In this document: piece after piece, positions 25,820 through 35,880 of the stretch
Position numbering within the stretch: position 1 is the stretch's first letter
Layout: each line of letters starts with the position of its first letter
Source: a virus
Lineage: Duplodnaviria > Caudoviricetes
DNA: 47,004 nucleotides
Virus record (IMG/VR): IMGVR_UViG_3300030433_002369
Location: 1-47,004 of that record
Direction: 5' to 3' (one strand)
Program-made: the position numbers and the translations under genes
Notes under the pieces: generated by a model
Told to the model about the DNA's origin: nothing
Seen by the model: only the letters and a program-made list of their open reading frames with translations
Databases searched by the model: none

Positions 25820-27154
25820 ATGTCAGAAACAACTAAAAAAGTATCTGGTCAAAGAGCAGGTGCAACAGCAGTTAAATCAGCAATCATAACAAGCAAGACT
25901 GATACCTCCCGTCAAGTAAATGTTGCTGGCGGATTTATTGAGTTTAGATACTATGAAAGCATCTTGCAAGATGGCATGAAAGGATTTTATGTCTTTGCAG
26001 ATACTGGGAACTCTATAGATAAAAAAACAGTTTATGAAGGTCTTCCTTTAACTGGAAGTGAACCATTTGATTTTGTTGCTGAAGATAATTTTGAGAATGA
26101 ACTGAAGGTACGACTATTAGTTAGTAAGACTGCTCCATTATCTGATAAACCAGGTAAGTCGGCAATGGTTCTCCCTTTGGTGTCAGAAGCATATGCGATT
26201 AATGATACTAAAAACGTTAGAGCATTTTTCCCAAATCAAAAGATCTCTGATCATGTCACAACATTGATAACGGATTTCTTGGAGTCTGAAAAAACTTTAG
26301 ATATTGAGGAAACTAGTAATACTCTTAAAGAATATGGATTGAATAGAAAACCATATTATATGCTGAACACCTTCGCCAAGAAAGCACAACCATCAGGCGG
26401 AGAAGGTCAGACTGCAGGATATTTTTTCTTTGAGACATCAGAGAAAATGATCTTTAAGTCGATTGATAGTTTCTTTGATGAGGAAAAAAATCCAAGAAAG
26501 AAATCAATCATCTATAATGAAACTCCTGATGGTGATGGAATACCAGAAGGATATGATTATAAGGCAATGACTTATGATAAGTCTGGTGCTGATGTTATGG
26601 AGATGTCAAAGATGGGGGCATTCTCTACTGCTTCCATAACATTTGATCCAATTAATTTTAATTTTAAGAGAACCATCTTATCCACAATAGATGGTATTTT
26701 AGAAGATGTAGATCAGACAATTGAACCATTAACGACTGCTGCGAAAGAATTGGTTGGATTTAATCCAAGTATAATCAAAGAATTTTCAAGAACTACAATG
26801 AATTTTCTTGATACTGGAACTTTTGGTCAAACTGCTGAAGAATCTTCAGAAAATAATTTTGATTTTGCTGGTATCTATAACCAGTCAATCATGCGGTATA
26901 ATCAGGTTTTTGCATCTAAGGTAAACATAACCATTCAAGGAGACTTCTCTTTACATGCTGGAGATATGATATTCTTCGACGCACCATCTCCGCAAGCAAA
27001 ACCTAACACAGAGAGCGATGAACTTGACAGGCAGTCTGGTGGTCTATATATTATAGCAAGTCTATGTCATTACATAACACCCGATAGGACTCTAACTAAA
27101 CTCTGTTTAATACGAGATTCTTCCGGAAGAAAAGGAAACCACACAAAAAGGTAA
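25820..27154 (+). CDS. Baseplate hub protein (gp27-like)
   Basis: YYESI, GYFFFET, GDFSLHAGD, GLYII..LCH and RDS motifs; position before gp5; GTAAATA at 25794. Confidence 0.65.
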   Translation: MSETTKKVSGQRAGATAVKSAIITSKTDTSRQVNVAGGFIEFRYYESILQDGMKGFYVFADTGNSIDKKTVYEGLPLTGSEPFDFVAEDNFENELKVRLLVSKTAPLSDKPGKSAMVLPLVSEAYAINDTKNVRAFFPNQKISDHVTTLITDFLESEKTLDIEETSNTLKEYGLNRKPYYMLNTFAKKAQPSGGEGQTAGYFFFETSEKMIFKSIDSFFDEEKNPRKKSIIYNETPDGDGIPEGYDYKAMTYDKSGADVMEMSKMGAFSTASITFDPINFNFKRTILSTIDGILEDVDQTIEPLTTAAKELVGFNPSIIKEFSRTTMNFLDTGTFGQTAEESSENNFDFAGIYNQSIMRYNQVFASKVNITIQGDFSLHAGDMIFFDAPSPQAKPNTESDELDRQSGGLYIIASLCHYITPDRTLTKLCLIRDSSGRKGNHTKR

Positions 27155-27157
27155 AAC

Positions 27158-27385
27158 ATGGAAAGCATCGAAAAGCATATCGAGAAGGATAAGGAAATCC
27201 TTCAAGATCCTACAACATCGCCTCAGCAACGCCGCCACATTGAGGGTGAACTACACGAATTAGAAGTATACGCAGAAAATCATAAAGAAGAAATCGCAGC
27301 AGGAGATCATCATGATCCAACTGCACTGGAACTCTATTGCGAAATGGAACCAGATGCAGACGAATGTAGAATGTACGACGACTGA
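27158..27385 (+). CDS. cp12: Calvin-cycle inhibitor CP12
   Basis: C-terminal ELYCEMEPDADECRMYDD (Cx8C) signature; no N-terminal Cys pair. Confidence 0.92.
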   Translation: MESIEKHIEKDKEILQDPTTSPQQRRHIEGELHELEVYAENHKEEIAAGDHHDPTALELYCEMEPDADECRMYDD

Positions 27386-27387
27386 AT

Positions 27388-29343
27388 ATGGCACAAGACG
27401 GGGGAGCACTATTCGACTCAGGTCTATTAGGATCTAGTTTTCACTGGTGGATTGGTCAGATTGCTGACGATTCCGTCTGGAGAGAAAATATCATATGCAA
27501 ACCCCATGCAAGTGAGACTGAGAATGTAGGTTGGGGTAGAAGGTACAAAGTAAGAATTCTTGGTCTTCACGATCAGGGCGAAACTGAAATAGCATCTAAA
27601 GACTTGCCTTGGGCTCAAGTGATGTATCCCGTTACAGCGGGAGGATTTCTTAATAACAGTGGTCAGACACCAAACCTTAGTCAAGGAAACATGGTGTTTG
27701 GTTTCTTCATGGATGGTGGAGCAATGTCTGTTCCCATCATCATGGGAGTTCTTGGAAATAATGCTAAGAATCCAACTGCTTCAACCATTGGCGATAATCG
27801 AGTCACTAATAAACAACCAGGATCTCTTGCCGTCAGTGGATATGCTGATGGTCAAGTACCAAAAGATCCTAAGACCGGCGAAAAACCAATCCCCCCTGAT
27901 GGAGATTTAAAATCAGAGCACCCAAATGCAACTGCTGCTGCACAACCCACGCGACCAGGAGTAACACTTAATAAGTTTGGACTCAGACCAGACATTACAT
28001 TAAGGTCTGTTCCTGGAGCGATGGAGGCAGCTACCGAGGCAAGAGAAAGAGCAAGATCACAAGGCAAATCTTTCCAGGAAGTGGAAGATGCTGCAATGCA
28101 AGCAGTTGCAAATGTTGTCAAAAATCAAGAAGCACAGGCAACAGGACCTAATGCACCTTTAAAAGCATCTCCTCAAAGGGAGAGTCCAGACGTTCAGAAC
28201 ATCACTGCTGGTGATGTAAAAGAACAAGATCTGGCAGAGGAGAAAGTCGTAATGCCTATTCCTGATGATCCAATTGGATCTGCAATGAAAGCAATTCAGA
28301 CAATTATTGACAACATCACTCAGAAGATGGATAAGTATCTGAATGCTATTCAGAGTTACGTTGATACTGTATCAAGCACTGTTGGAAACCTGGAGGATAT
28401 GATATGTAAGGGTGCGATGCAGGCAGCAAAATATATGAAAGTTTTGTTTGACAAGATAATGGAGTTTGTTCTGAAGCAACTCAATGTTGTCATGACAAAA
28501 GTTATAGCAGCATTACCATCATCACTCAGAAATAAATTTGGAGATCTAAAAGAAAAACTAAATGAAATGATTTTGGGATTGTATAATCAAATGATTGCTG
28601 GTGCTGCTGACCAGTTGTGCTCTGCTTTAATGGATGCATTGCAACCTGCTCAAAGAGAGGCACAGGCAAGACAAATTGCAAATAGTCAAGGACCAATGGG
28701 ATCTGCTAATGGTGCCAATACAAATAGATTTGAGACAACACCAAAAGTTCCAGTGTGCTATGCAGAGAGTATTGCATCAACAGTAATATCTAAAAATAGG
28801 AAGACGATAGAAGAAGCAAATAACAATGTTGTCCGCAACTTAAATACCTATATCGATGGTATTCAGGGTGATCTTGATGGACTTTCTGGTGTCCTAAAGG
28901 GTGGTCAAGATTTAATGGCAGGGGGATTAGGAGATTCTCTTGGTAATTTTGGTGCAGAAGCTGACGTTGTTAGTAACGGTATGAGCGGAGCATTAAATAT
29001 GATGCCTGACATTGCCGGTGGTCTTGGTGCTGCTCTCGACTTTGCTAATATTATTATGAATGTTTTTGCTGGAGAATTAGAACCAAAGAAAGCAATCAAT
29101 GATTACTATCAACTTGCTACCGGCGGATCAGGTGCTGCTGCATCAGAACTTCCAAGTGTTGAGTCAATTGGAGATTCGGTTCTTAACAGTGGTGAGGCAA
29201 GAGCAGAAAGAATGACTACACCATCACCTCCGCCAGAATTTGTTACCCCATCAAAAACTGAAGCAGATGTTGATCTTGATCCTGGAGATCTTTCTAAACC
29301 AATGACTCAAAAAGAAAGAGACGAAGCACTAGAGATCGCTTAA
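27388..29343 (+). CDS. gp5: gp5-like baseplate hub protein (N-terminal OB domain plus helical extension)
   Basis: WWIGQI, RYKVRILGLH, LPWAQV and VFGFFMDG...PIIMG motifs of the gp5 OB fold; no lysozyme domain seen. Confidence 0.75.
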   Translation: MAQDGGALFDSGLLGSSFHWWIGQIADDSVWRENIICKPHASETENVGWGRRYKVRILGLHDQGETEIASKDLPWAQVMYPVTAGGFLNNSGQTPNLSQGNMVFGFFMDGGAMSVPIIMGVLGNNAKNPTASTIGDNRVTNKQPGSLAVSGYADGQVPKDPKTGEKPIPPDGDLKSEHPNATAAAQPTRPGVTLNKFGLRPDITLRSVPGAMEAATEARERARSQGKSFQEVEDAAMQAVANVVKNQEAQATGPNAPLKASPQRESPDVQNITAGDVKEQDLAEEKVVMPIPDDPIGSAMKAIQTIIDNITQKMDKYLNAIQSYVDTVSSTVGNLEDMICKGAMQAAKYMKVLFDKIMEFVLKQLNVVMTKVIAALPSSLRNKFGDLKEKLNEMILGLYNQMIAGAADQLCSALMDALQPAQREAQARQIANSQGPMGSANGANTNRFETTPKVPVCYAESIASTVISKNRKTIEEANNNVVRNLNTYIDGIQGDLDGLSGVLKGGQDLMAGGLGDSLGNFGAEADVVSNGMSGALNMMPDIAGGLGAALDFANIIMNVFAGELEPKKAINDYYQLATGGSGAAASELPSVESIGDSVLNSGEARAERMTTPSPPPEFVTPSKTEADVDLDPGDLSKPMTQKERDEALEIA

Positions 29344-29390
29344 AAACTACAATAAATATTCACACATGACATCGGAAGAAGCAGTATAAG

Positions 29391-32300
29391 ATGGCAGGGT
29401 CTAAATCCGACAGAAAAATTGATGCAACATTTAACATCTTTGCTAACAACCAAGATGCGAATGATGCTGTTCGTGTTGGATACATTGACCCTAAGAGAGG
29501 ATATATAAGCGGACTTACTGTATATCAAGCAAATAAGTATGCAGAGAGAAATCCTGGAACTCAGTTCATTATAACAAATAGAGATAAAGTAAGATACATC
29601 AATATCAATGAAGTTAATAGATTAAAGAATAGTGATACATTACCAAAACACAGACCGTCTGGTCTTGTGGATAGGAACAGTGATGAATTTGATCCTTGTA
29701 ATACAGTTAGAGGATTTAAAACCGATCCAGAAACTTTGGGTGAACCAGAGATTAAACCACTTATAGATGGAGACTCTGGTGATTTTGACGCAACTGCAAA
29801 TTATGATAGGTATGGATCAGATAGTTCTAAGTGTAGAACAAGAGTGGAACTCCAAGGTGGCGGTGGAATTGGTGCTGTCGCAACTCCTATTATTGGTAAA
29901 GATGGATCAATAATTCATGTTAGAGTAGTTCATGGTGGATTTGGATACAAATATCCTCCACAAGTTCGTATCGTTGATGATTGTAGAAGAGGATCTGGCG
30001 CTAAAGGATATTCTAGATTGGGATCCACTGGTTACGTTGAAGAAAATTTTGATGAGGATGCTGATGTTGAGAATTATGATTTTAGTTTAGGTGAGTATAA
30101 CTTTGATCCAGATGATTCGCCATGGGGAAGTGTTTACTCCATGGCGAATCAGACTGTAATTGGTGATTGGAATCCTGCAAATGTCATCAGTCTGACCAGC
30201 CAAACCGGATTTCATAAAGAACTGCAAGACTATCTTGGTTTTCTTAAGGGGTATGATCCAAATAAACCCTGGTGGACGACCAGAGATGAAACGCCCGTTA
30301 GAATAACTGGTGATGGTACAAGTAAAAAATCAAATAGACTTAGAGGAATTTTATTTCCAGTAGAACATCCTGCTTGGAAAAGTGGTGGAAATAAAGCTAA
30401 AAATAGCTTTATGAATAATTATGCGGTTTCTCCGCAACTTGAATCTGATCAACCAGGAACAGATAAAGCAGGTAAACCATATTCATTCTTCTACAAAGAA
30501 TATTTTCCTCACAAGGGAGTCTATACCTTCAGAGGGTCTTCTGATAATATATCGGAGATTATCTTTGACGGCGAAAGTATTATGGATATTAGTAATACTT
30601 TCAATAGCAAACCAGTAAAGGTAACGAAAGAGGTGGAAGAAGGTCTTCATGAAATTAGAATAGACCTACTTAATAGTCCACAGAAAGTGAAACCCAAACC
30701 TATTACGAAGGATTTGTCTATCACGTACTATGGCTTAAATAAGGGTATCACCAAAACTGTCCGTGGTGAAAAAAGATATCCAATTAGAGTGGCAAACCCT
30801 GGATCTTTGGGTAGAGGACCTACTGCTAAAGTTAAATCTGTTTCTAAAAATACAATTAAATTTACAGATGCGGCTTATCAGAATGATACTGATGCAGAAT
30901 TCAAAATTTTGCCCGGATCACCTGGAGTAAGTGCTAGATTTAGTGGGAGTAATGATGGTAATCTTGAATTAGTTGTTACGGGGAAAGGAGATCTTACTCT
31001 TCGATTGGAGTGGAATGATGATCCAAGTCGCAACGGAAAGGCAGTTGGTAATATTAAGGTTGCTGGAGAGACGTGGAAACAGACAGCACATAAAAATAAA
31101 AAAGGAGACGTAACGAAAACAATTAAAGTAGGTGCAGAAGACTCGAAAGAAGTGCTTGGAACAGGTGGGTTTACAGTTAGTCGTGATAATAAATCTGTTA
31201 AGATGAGAGATGGTGATGGAAAAGACATCAACTCTACATTTTCAATCGAAGATTCCACAAATAATGCCAGATTTTCTGGTGATGGAAAGAGATTAATAAC
31301 TGATGGTCCTGGTAATGTTGAGTTAAAGTTAAATTGGAATGATGATCCTAATAAATTTGGAGTTGCCATAGAGAAAATTAGTGTGGGTGGTGTAGTATTG
31401 ACCCAAAGTGGTGAGAAAGGTAATGTTACTAAAACTCTTTCCATTCAGGCAGATGGGTTTACAGTTGGTGACGGCAATATACCAGTCACACCATTAAAAT
31501 CATTTAATCAACTTAAGTCAATTGGAACTATCTTTAATACTGCTGATTATATTAAGAAAGCAAACAGACCTCTTTATAAAGTGAGACCGGGTGTCGGTAA
31601 ATCGGGAGACTTCTTCAGTAGAAATGGTGTCACCCCATTTAACCCAGTAGAACTTGATCCAGAGATCCCTGCCGTTCCTCCTACTGTTCCTCCTAAACCA
31701 TTTAAAAAACCACAAGCAAAATTTATAAAAAGAGGAAATGATCTTTTTCTAAAAATTATCGGTGATGGCAGAGCAAAGATTAATTTCCGTCTTAAGACTG
31801 ATGACAATCAATTTAATTCTGGTGTATTTGCGCGAGAGATAAGAATTCAGGCAGATGGTCCAGATGTTAGATTAAAAAGAGACATAAAACAGATATTTAA
31901 TGCATCTGGGAAAAGTAGGTTCCAGGGACGCGATGATTATAGTGAGAGAATAAAAGAAAAAGAAAAGATTTTTGGGCAAGGAGTTTTCACTTCAGGTAGA
32001 GAATATAAAGTTCATATTATTGGTGGATCTTCAAGGAGTGGGTTCAAACCTGTAGACAACACTGTCATTTTTGATGACAATTATGATAATGGTCTTGATG
32101 AAAATGGTGCTCTTTCGATTAGAAATATCACTGCTCTTGATCAACCCAAATCAGAACCACCAAAATCTCCTAAGAATGGTAGAAACAATTCATCCAATAA
32201 AAATCTAGACAATGCTACTGGTTCTGCAGATGCTTATGCAGGGATCCATAAGATTGTTTGGAAAGATGTTGAGTTCCCTGCATCAGGAACTTATAACGTA

Positions 32301-35231
32301 GATGTTCAGGTAGATGATAATGTAAGACTAGAAATTTTTAATAAAAAGTTTAGAGCACAGAAATTAGATGTTATAGGATTTAAGAGTGCAGGAAAATCTA
32401 ATGGTAAGCAGACACTTGCAGTTGAGGTTCAGAAAGGAAAATATACAATCGAGGCATATCTAGAGCAGATTCCAGGTAAATCGATTTACGATGGAAATCC
32501 AATGGGACTTGCTGTCAATATTAAGGCTGCATATGTTACTGAGATGGAAGAAGTAACTCTTCTCCAATCATGGAATCAAAATCCTTTCGGTGCTGCATTG
32601 ACAATTCATGCTCCACCACCACCAATTCCTCAAGAACCTGTAAAAGAACCTGAGGGTCCTTGTCCACCAAATCCGATTTGGACAACTAGACAACCCGCAG
32701 AAAATCAATGGCATCCAGTATCTCATCGCTTTGCTAGTGGAAGAAGGTCTTGGAGTAGATTCATGAATCGTTATGCCATGTCTCCTGTTCTTCCTATTGG
32801 AACAAAGAATAGTGGATACAGCGGATCGTCTTGGGATAATACCTGGTTTACCACTATCCCATATACAGGATTCTATAACTTTAAGGGAACTGTAGACAAT
32901 TTTGCGAAAGTTACTATCTCCCAAGATCCTGATACCAGTGAAGTAGATAGTAAGAAGGTTCAGGAAATCAAAAAAATTAATGGATTCCGTACAGAGAAAG
33001 CTAACCTTACAAGTAACAAAATCTTCTTAGAAAAAGGTAAAGCAAGGATTGATATTAATGTCAGAAACGGAGAGAAAATTAAGTACAAGCAAGTTACGAC
33101 AAAAGTCTTTAATACTGCAGACTGGTTAGTCAAAGCTACAGAAAAACCAGATAAGGTTAGTGTTGACTTTGATGTCTACGGGCAGGGTTCCCTGAAAAAC
33201 CTGGGACTGAAGTTTATCTTCCAAGAAAAAGGTGGTGATGACACTTTTACTATTAGTAACGTTGATAAAAGTACAACTACTAAGACAGTATCCAAAAGAG
33301 TAAAACGTAATACTGACTATAAAGTTACTGCCATTGCTACTGGAACTCATACTATAAAAACACCAAAAGAAAGAACCTACAAGATTGAAGTAGCAAACCG
33401 TGGAAGTGTGGGTAGAGGTGATAGAGCTGCAGTTAAATCTGTTTCGGACAAGGTAATTAAATTTACTGATTCGACCAGTCAAATGGATACCGATGCAGAA
33501 TTCCGTATTAAATCACCATCACCTGGAGTAACTGCTAGGTTTAGGGGAAGTAATGATAACGACCTTGAATTGGTTGTTAAGGGTGATGGCGAAGTTTCTC
33601 TTGAATTATACTGGGATGATAATCCAAGCAGAAATGGAAAGGCAGTTGGCAATATTAAAGTCGCTGGCGAGACGTGGAAACAGACAGCACATAAAAATAA
33701 GAAAGACTCCTTAACTAAAACTATTAGGGTTGGTAATTCTTCTCAAGAAGAAGTAAAACTCGTTCCAGAACAAGGTACATCAAAAGTCTTTGGTAGGGGT
33801 AAGAAGGGAACTGAAGGAGGTAATAATCCTGGACAAATTATTTTTGCGGACGTTGTTGGTTCTGCGAATGATAATGATGACATGCAGATTAGATGCAATA
33901 ACGGTATCTTTACCCCATCTAATAAGAGAAAAGTAAAAGGAACATCTGGACGAGGAACTCAAACGAGAGGCACTTATGATTTAACATTCAGAGTTGATGC
34001 TGCAGAAGAAGTGGTGAAAAAACCTGTCACTAGTATTGGTGAAGGGTTTGGTAAATATGACGTTAAAGATCAAGAACTCTCTAGATCAGTTACTGTCGGT
34101 GGACCTAATCCTAATAGAGCACCTGTTATTCTAAACCCAACTCTTACAACTTATAGAACAGGAAGGTTGGGACCATTCTTAACACCATTCTTACCTTTAG
34201 GTACTAGAGAGGGTGGTGAAAAACTACAAGGTAGAACCTGGGAGATGGTATGGGAGAATGTTAATTTCCCAATCGCTGGTGATTACAAGATGCAAATCGA
34301 GGCAGATGATAGTCTAGAGGTATTCATAGGTGAGAATTTAAGCAATAGTTTCGGTAGTGATGGTTATAAATCTGTTGGCAGCACAACCACTGGTAAGGGA
34401 GTTGAAGTTTTTGCCTTTAACGTTCCAAATCCCGGAAAGCGTGATATTAAGTTGATCTTACAGAACATCAAAATACCTGGAACAACTTTCCAACAGAATC
34501 CTACTGTTGCATCTTGCAAGATTACATGTGAAGTTCCTGTAGAAGTTGCAGACACAAGGTCTTGGTTATCTAATCCTGTTGGTGTCAGTGCAGTTCTTCT
34601 TGCTCCTCCTTGTAAGAGAATTGTTGGTGGTGCTGGAACAGTGACTGCAGTTGAAATTGTTGAACCCGGAAACACATATCCTCCGCAAGAGGGTGGTGTT
34701 CCAAGTCAAGTTATCCTTACAGAAATTACTCCCGGTAAATCTGGTATTGGTTATACGCCTGGAGATGTTGTAGAAATTGTTGGAACTGGAGTTACTCTTC
34801 CTATTAAAGTTGGTGAATTTGGAAAGATTGTTGGTATTGGTAAGACAGAAATTGTAATAACAACAACTCCAGTCATCGATATTAGAGGTCCTGGTAAAGG
34901 ATTTGTACCTAATATCAAAACTCTGGTACGTATTGATACGCCAGAGGTTGATCCAGAGACTGTCATTCAGGTCACTGACCTTGCTGGTCTCAAACAGACT
35001 GGATATGTTGAGGGTCGTCCATATTATGGAGAGGTCTTCTTTAAGGATGGTACTCCTTTTGCTGGAAGATATGAAACTGCTGGAAGACTTATCCAAGTCT
35101 ATGCTACCCTTCAGGAGAGCATTGATGCTGAAGTCACCACTAGACCTTCTGCAATTCAGAGATCTGGTACTGACGTTAACAGCAACAATCCTAGACTCAA
35201 CATTCCAGGAACTCCAGATAATCTAGCTTAA
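29391..35231 (+). CDS. Large virion protein with PA14-like and internally duplicated beta domains
   Basis: 1946 aa; four W/Y..FP..G.Y......DD/DN repeats; duplicated ~120-aa module; ATAAATA at 29352. Confidence 0.75.
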   Translation: MAGSKSDRKIDATFNIFANNQDANDAVRVGYIDPKRGYISGLTVYQANKYAERNPGTQFIITNRDKVRYININEVNRLKNSDTLPKHRPSGLVDRNSDEFDPCNTVRGFKTDPETLGEPEIKPLIDGDSGDFDATANYDRYGSDSSKCRTRVELQGGGGIGAVATPIIGKDGSIIHVRVVHGGFGYKYPPQVRIVDDCRRGSGAKGYSRLGSTGYVEENFDEDADVENYDFSLGEYNFDPDDSPWGSVYSMANQTVIGDWNPANVISLTSQTGFHKELQDYLGFLKGYDPNKPWWTTRDETPVRITGDGTSKKSNRLRGILFPVEHPAWKSGGNKAKNSFMNNYAVSPQLESDQPGTDKAGKPYSFFYKEYFPHKGVYTFRGSSDNISEIIFDGESIMDISNTFNSKPVKVTKEVEEGLHEIRIDLLNSPQKVKPKPITKDLSITYYGLNKGITKTVRGEKRYPIRVANPGSLGRGPTAKVKSVSKNTIKFTDAAYQNDTDAEFKILPGSPGVSARFSGSNDGNLELVVTGKGDLTLRLEWNDDPSRNGKAVGNIKVAGETWKQTAHKNKKGDVTKTIKVGAEDSKEVLGTGGFTVSRDNKSVKMRDGDGKDINSTFSIEDSTNNARFSGDGKRLITDGPGNVELKLNWNDDPNKFGVAIEKISVGGVVLTQSGEKGNVTKTLSIQADGFTVGDGNIPVTPLKSFNQLKSIGTIFNTADYIKKANRPLYKVRPGVGKSGDFFSRNGVTPFNPVELDPEIPAVPPTVPPKPFKKPQAKFIKRGNDLFLKIIGDGRAKINFRLKTDDNQFNSGVFAREIRIQADGPDVRLKRDIKQIFNASGKSRFQGRDDYSERIKEKEKIFGQGVFTSGREYKVHIIGGSSRSGFKPVDNTVIFDDNYDNGLDENGALSIRNITALDQPKSEPPKSPKNGRNNSSNKNLDNATGSADAYAGIHKIVWKDVEFPASGTYNVDVQVDDNVRLEIFNKKFRAQKLDVIGFKSAGKSNGKQTLAVEVQKGKYTIEAYLEQIPGKSIYDGNPMGLAVNIKAAYVTEMEEVTLLQSWNQNPFGAALTIHAPPPPIPQEPVKEPEGPCPPNPIWTTRQPAENQWHPVSHRFASGRRSWSRFMNRYAMSPVLPIGTKNSGYSGSSWDNTWFTTIPYTGFYNFKGTVDNFAKVTISQDPDTSEVDSKKVQEIKKINGFRTEKANLTSNKIFLEKGKARIDINVRNGEKIKYKQVTTKVFNTADWLVKATEKPDKVSVDFDVYGQGSLKNLGLKFIFQEKGGDDTFTISNVDKSTTTKTVSKRVKRNTDYKVTAIATGTHTIKTPKERTYKIEVANRGSVGRGDRAAVKSVSDKVIKFTDSTSQMDTDAEFRIKSPSPGVTARFRGSNDNDLELVVKGDGEVSLELYWDDNPSRNGKAVGNIKVAGETWKQTAHKNKKDSLTKTIRVGNSSQEEVKLVPEQGTSKVFGRGKKGTEGGNNPGQIIFADVVGSANDNDDMQIRCNNGIFTPSNKRKVKGTSGRGTQTRGTYDLTFRVDAAEEVVKKPVTSIGEGFGKYDVKDQELSRSVTVGGPNPNRAPVILNPTLTTYRTGRLGPFLTPFLPLGTREGGEKLQGRTWEMVWENVNFPIAGDYKMQIEADDSLEVFIGENLSNSFGSDGYKSVGSTTTGKGVEVFAFNVPNPGKRDIKLILQNIKIPGTTFQQNPTVASCKITCEVPVEVADTRSWLSNPVGVSAVLLAPPCKRIVGGAGTVTAVEIVEPGNTYPPQEGGVPSQVILTEITPGKSGIGYTPGDVVEIVGTGVTLPIKVGEFGKIVGIGKTEIVITTTPVIDIRGPGKGFVPNIKTLVRIDTPEVDPETVIQVTDLAGLKQTGYVEGRPYYGEVFFKDGTPFAGRYETAGRLIQVYATLQESIDAEVTTRPSAIQRSGTDVNSNNPRLNIPGTPDNLA

Positions 35232-35254
35232 ATAGTTACTACTGATTAAAGTAA

Positions 35255-35878
35255 ATGTCAACTCGATCCACCACAGATAATAGTAGAGCAGGTGAAGGAT
35301 CTACAACTGCCAAGTGTAATTATACTGCCATACAATATGGAAATGATCATGGATCTATTTCTTTTGGAAAGGTCCATAAGAAAGGTGATGTAACATCTTC
35401 GGTGATGTTACAAGGCAAAGATGGTCGGCATCGTTTTTACATGGATCATGATGGACAGAGACCAGGATATACAACACTGACAAGTCCTGGAACTTTTGCC
35501 GTCAAGTGTGGAATGGATCTTGACACTGAGCAAGATGGAATCTTCCTCAACGCAGAGAATGGTGATATTGACATTATTGCCAGTAATGGTAAAATAAGAA
35601 TGGTTGCTGATGATATTGAGTTAGTTGCTGTTGGTGCTCTTGATCAAGGAAATATCAAACTTAATGCTAGTGAATCTATTTCATTGGATTCTAAAAAAAT
35701 AGTATCTACTGCAAAAAATCTTCTTAGATTATCTACACCCAATACACTTGAAATTGTTGCAAATGGTCAAATGAAAATGATTGCTGCAGTCATGAGAGCA
35801 GCTACAGATGCTTGCTCTCTCAAGGATGACAAATATGGTCATCAATATCATCACAAAAATAACTTTAAACTTGCATAA
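35255..35878 (+). CDS. gp5 C-terminal beta-helix-like spike protein
   Basis: Roughly 8-residue repeats (IFLNAENG DIDIIASNG KIRMVADD IELVA); TTAAATA at 35228. Confidence 0.5.
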   Translation: MSTRSTTDNSRAGEGSTTAKCNYTAIQYGNDHGSISFGKVHKKGDVTSSVMLQGKDGRHRFYMDHDGQRPGYTTLTSPGTFAVKCGMDLDTEQDGIFLNAENGDIDIIASNGKIRMVADDIELVAVGALDQGNIKLNASESISLDSKKIVSTAKNLLRLSTPNTLEIVANGQMKMIAAVMRAATDACSLKDDKYGHQYHHKNNFKLA

Positions 35879-35880
35879 AA

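Noticed and set aside
31068-33700. Repeat pair as a diversity-generating retroelement TR/VR
   Set aside because: There is no reverse transcriptase in the window, both copies are internal coding modules, and differences are not adenine-specific.
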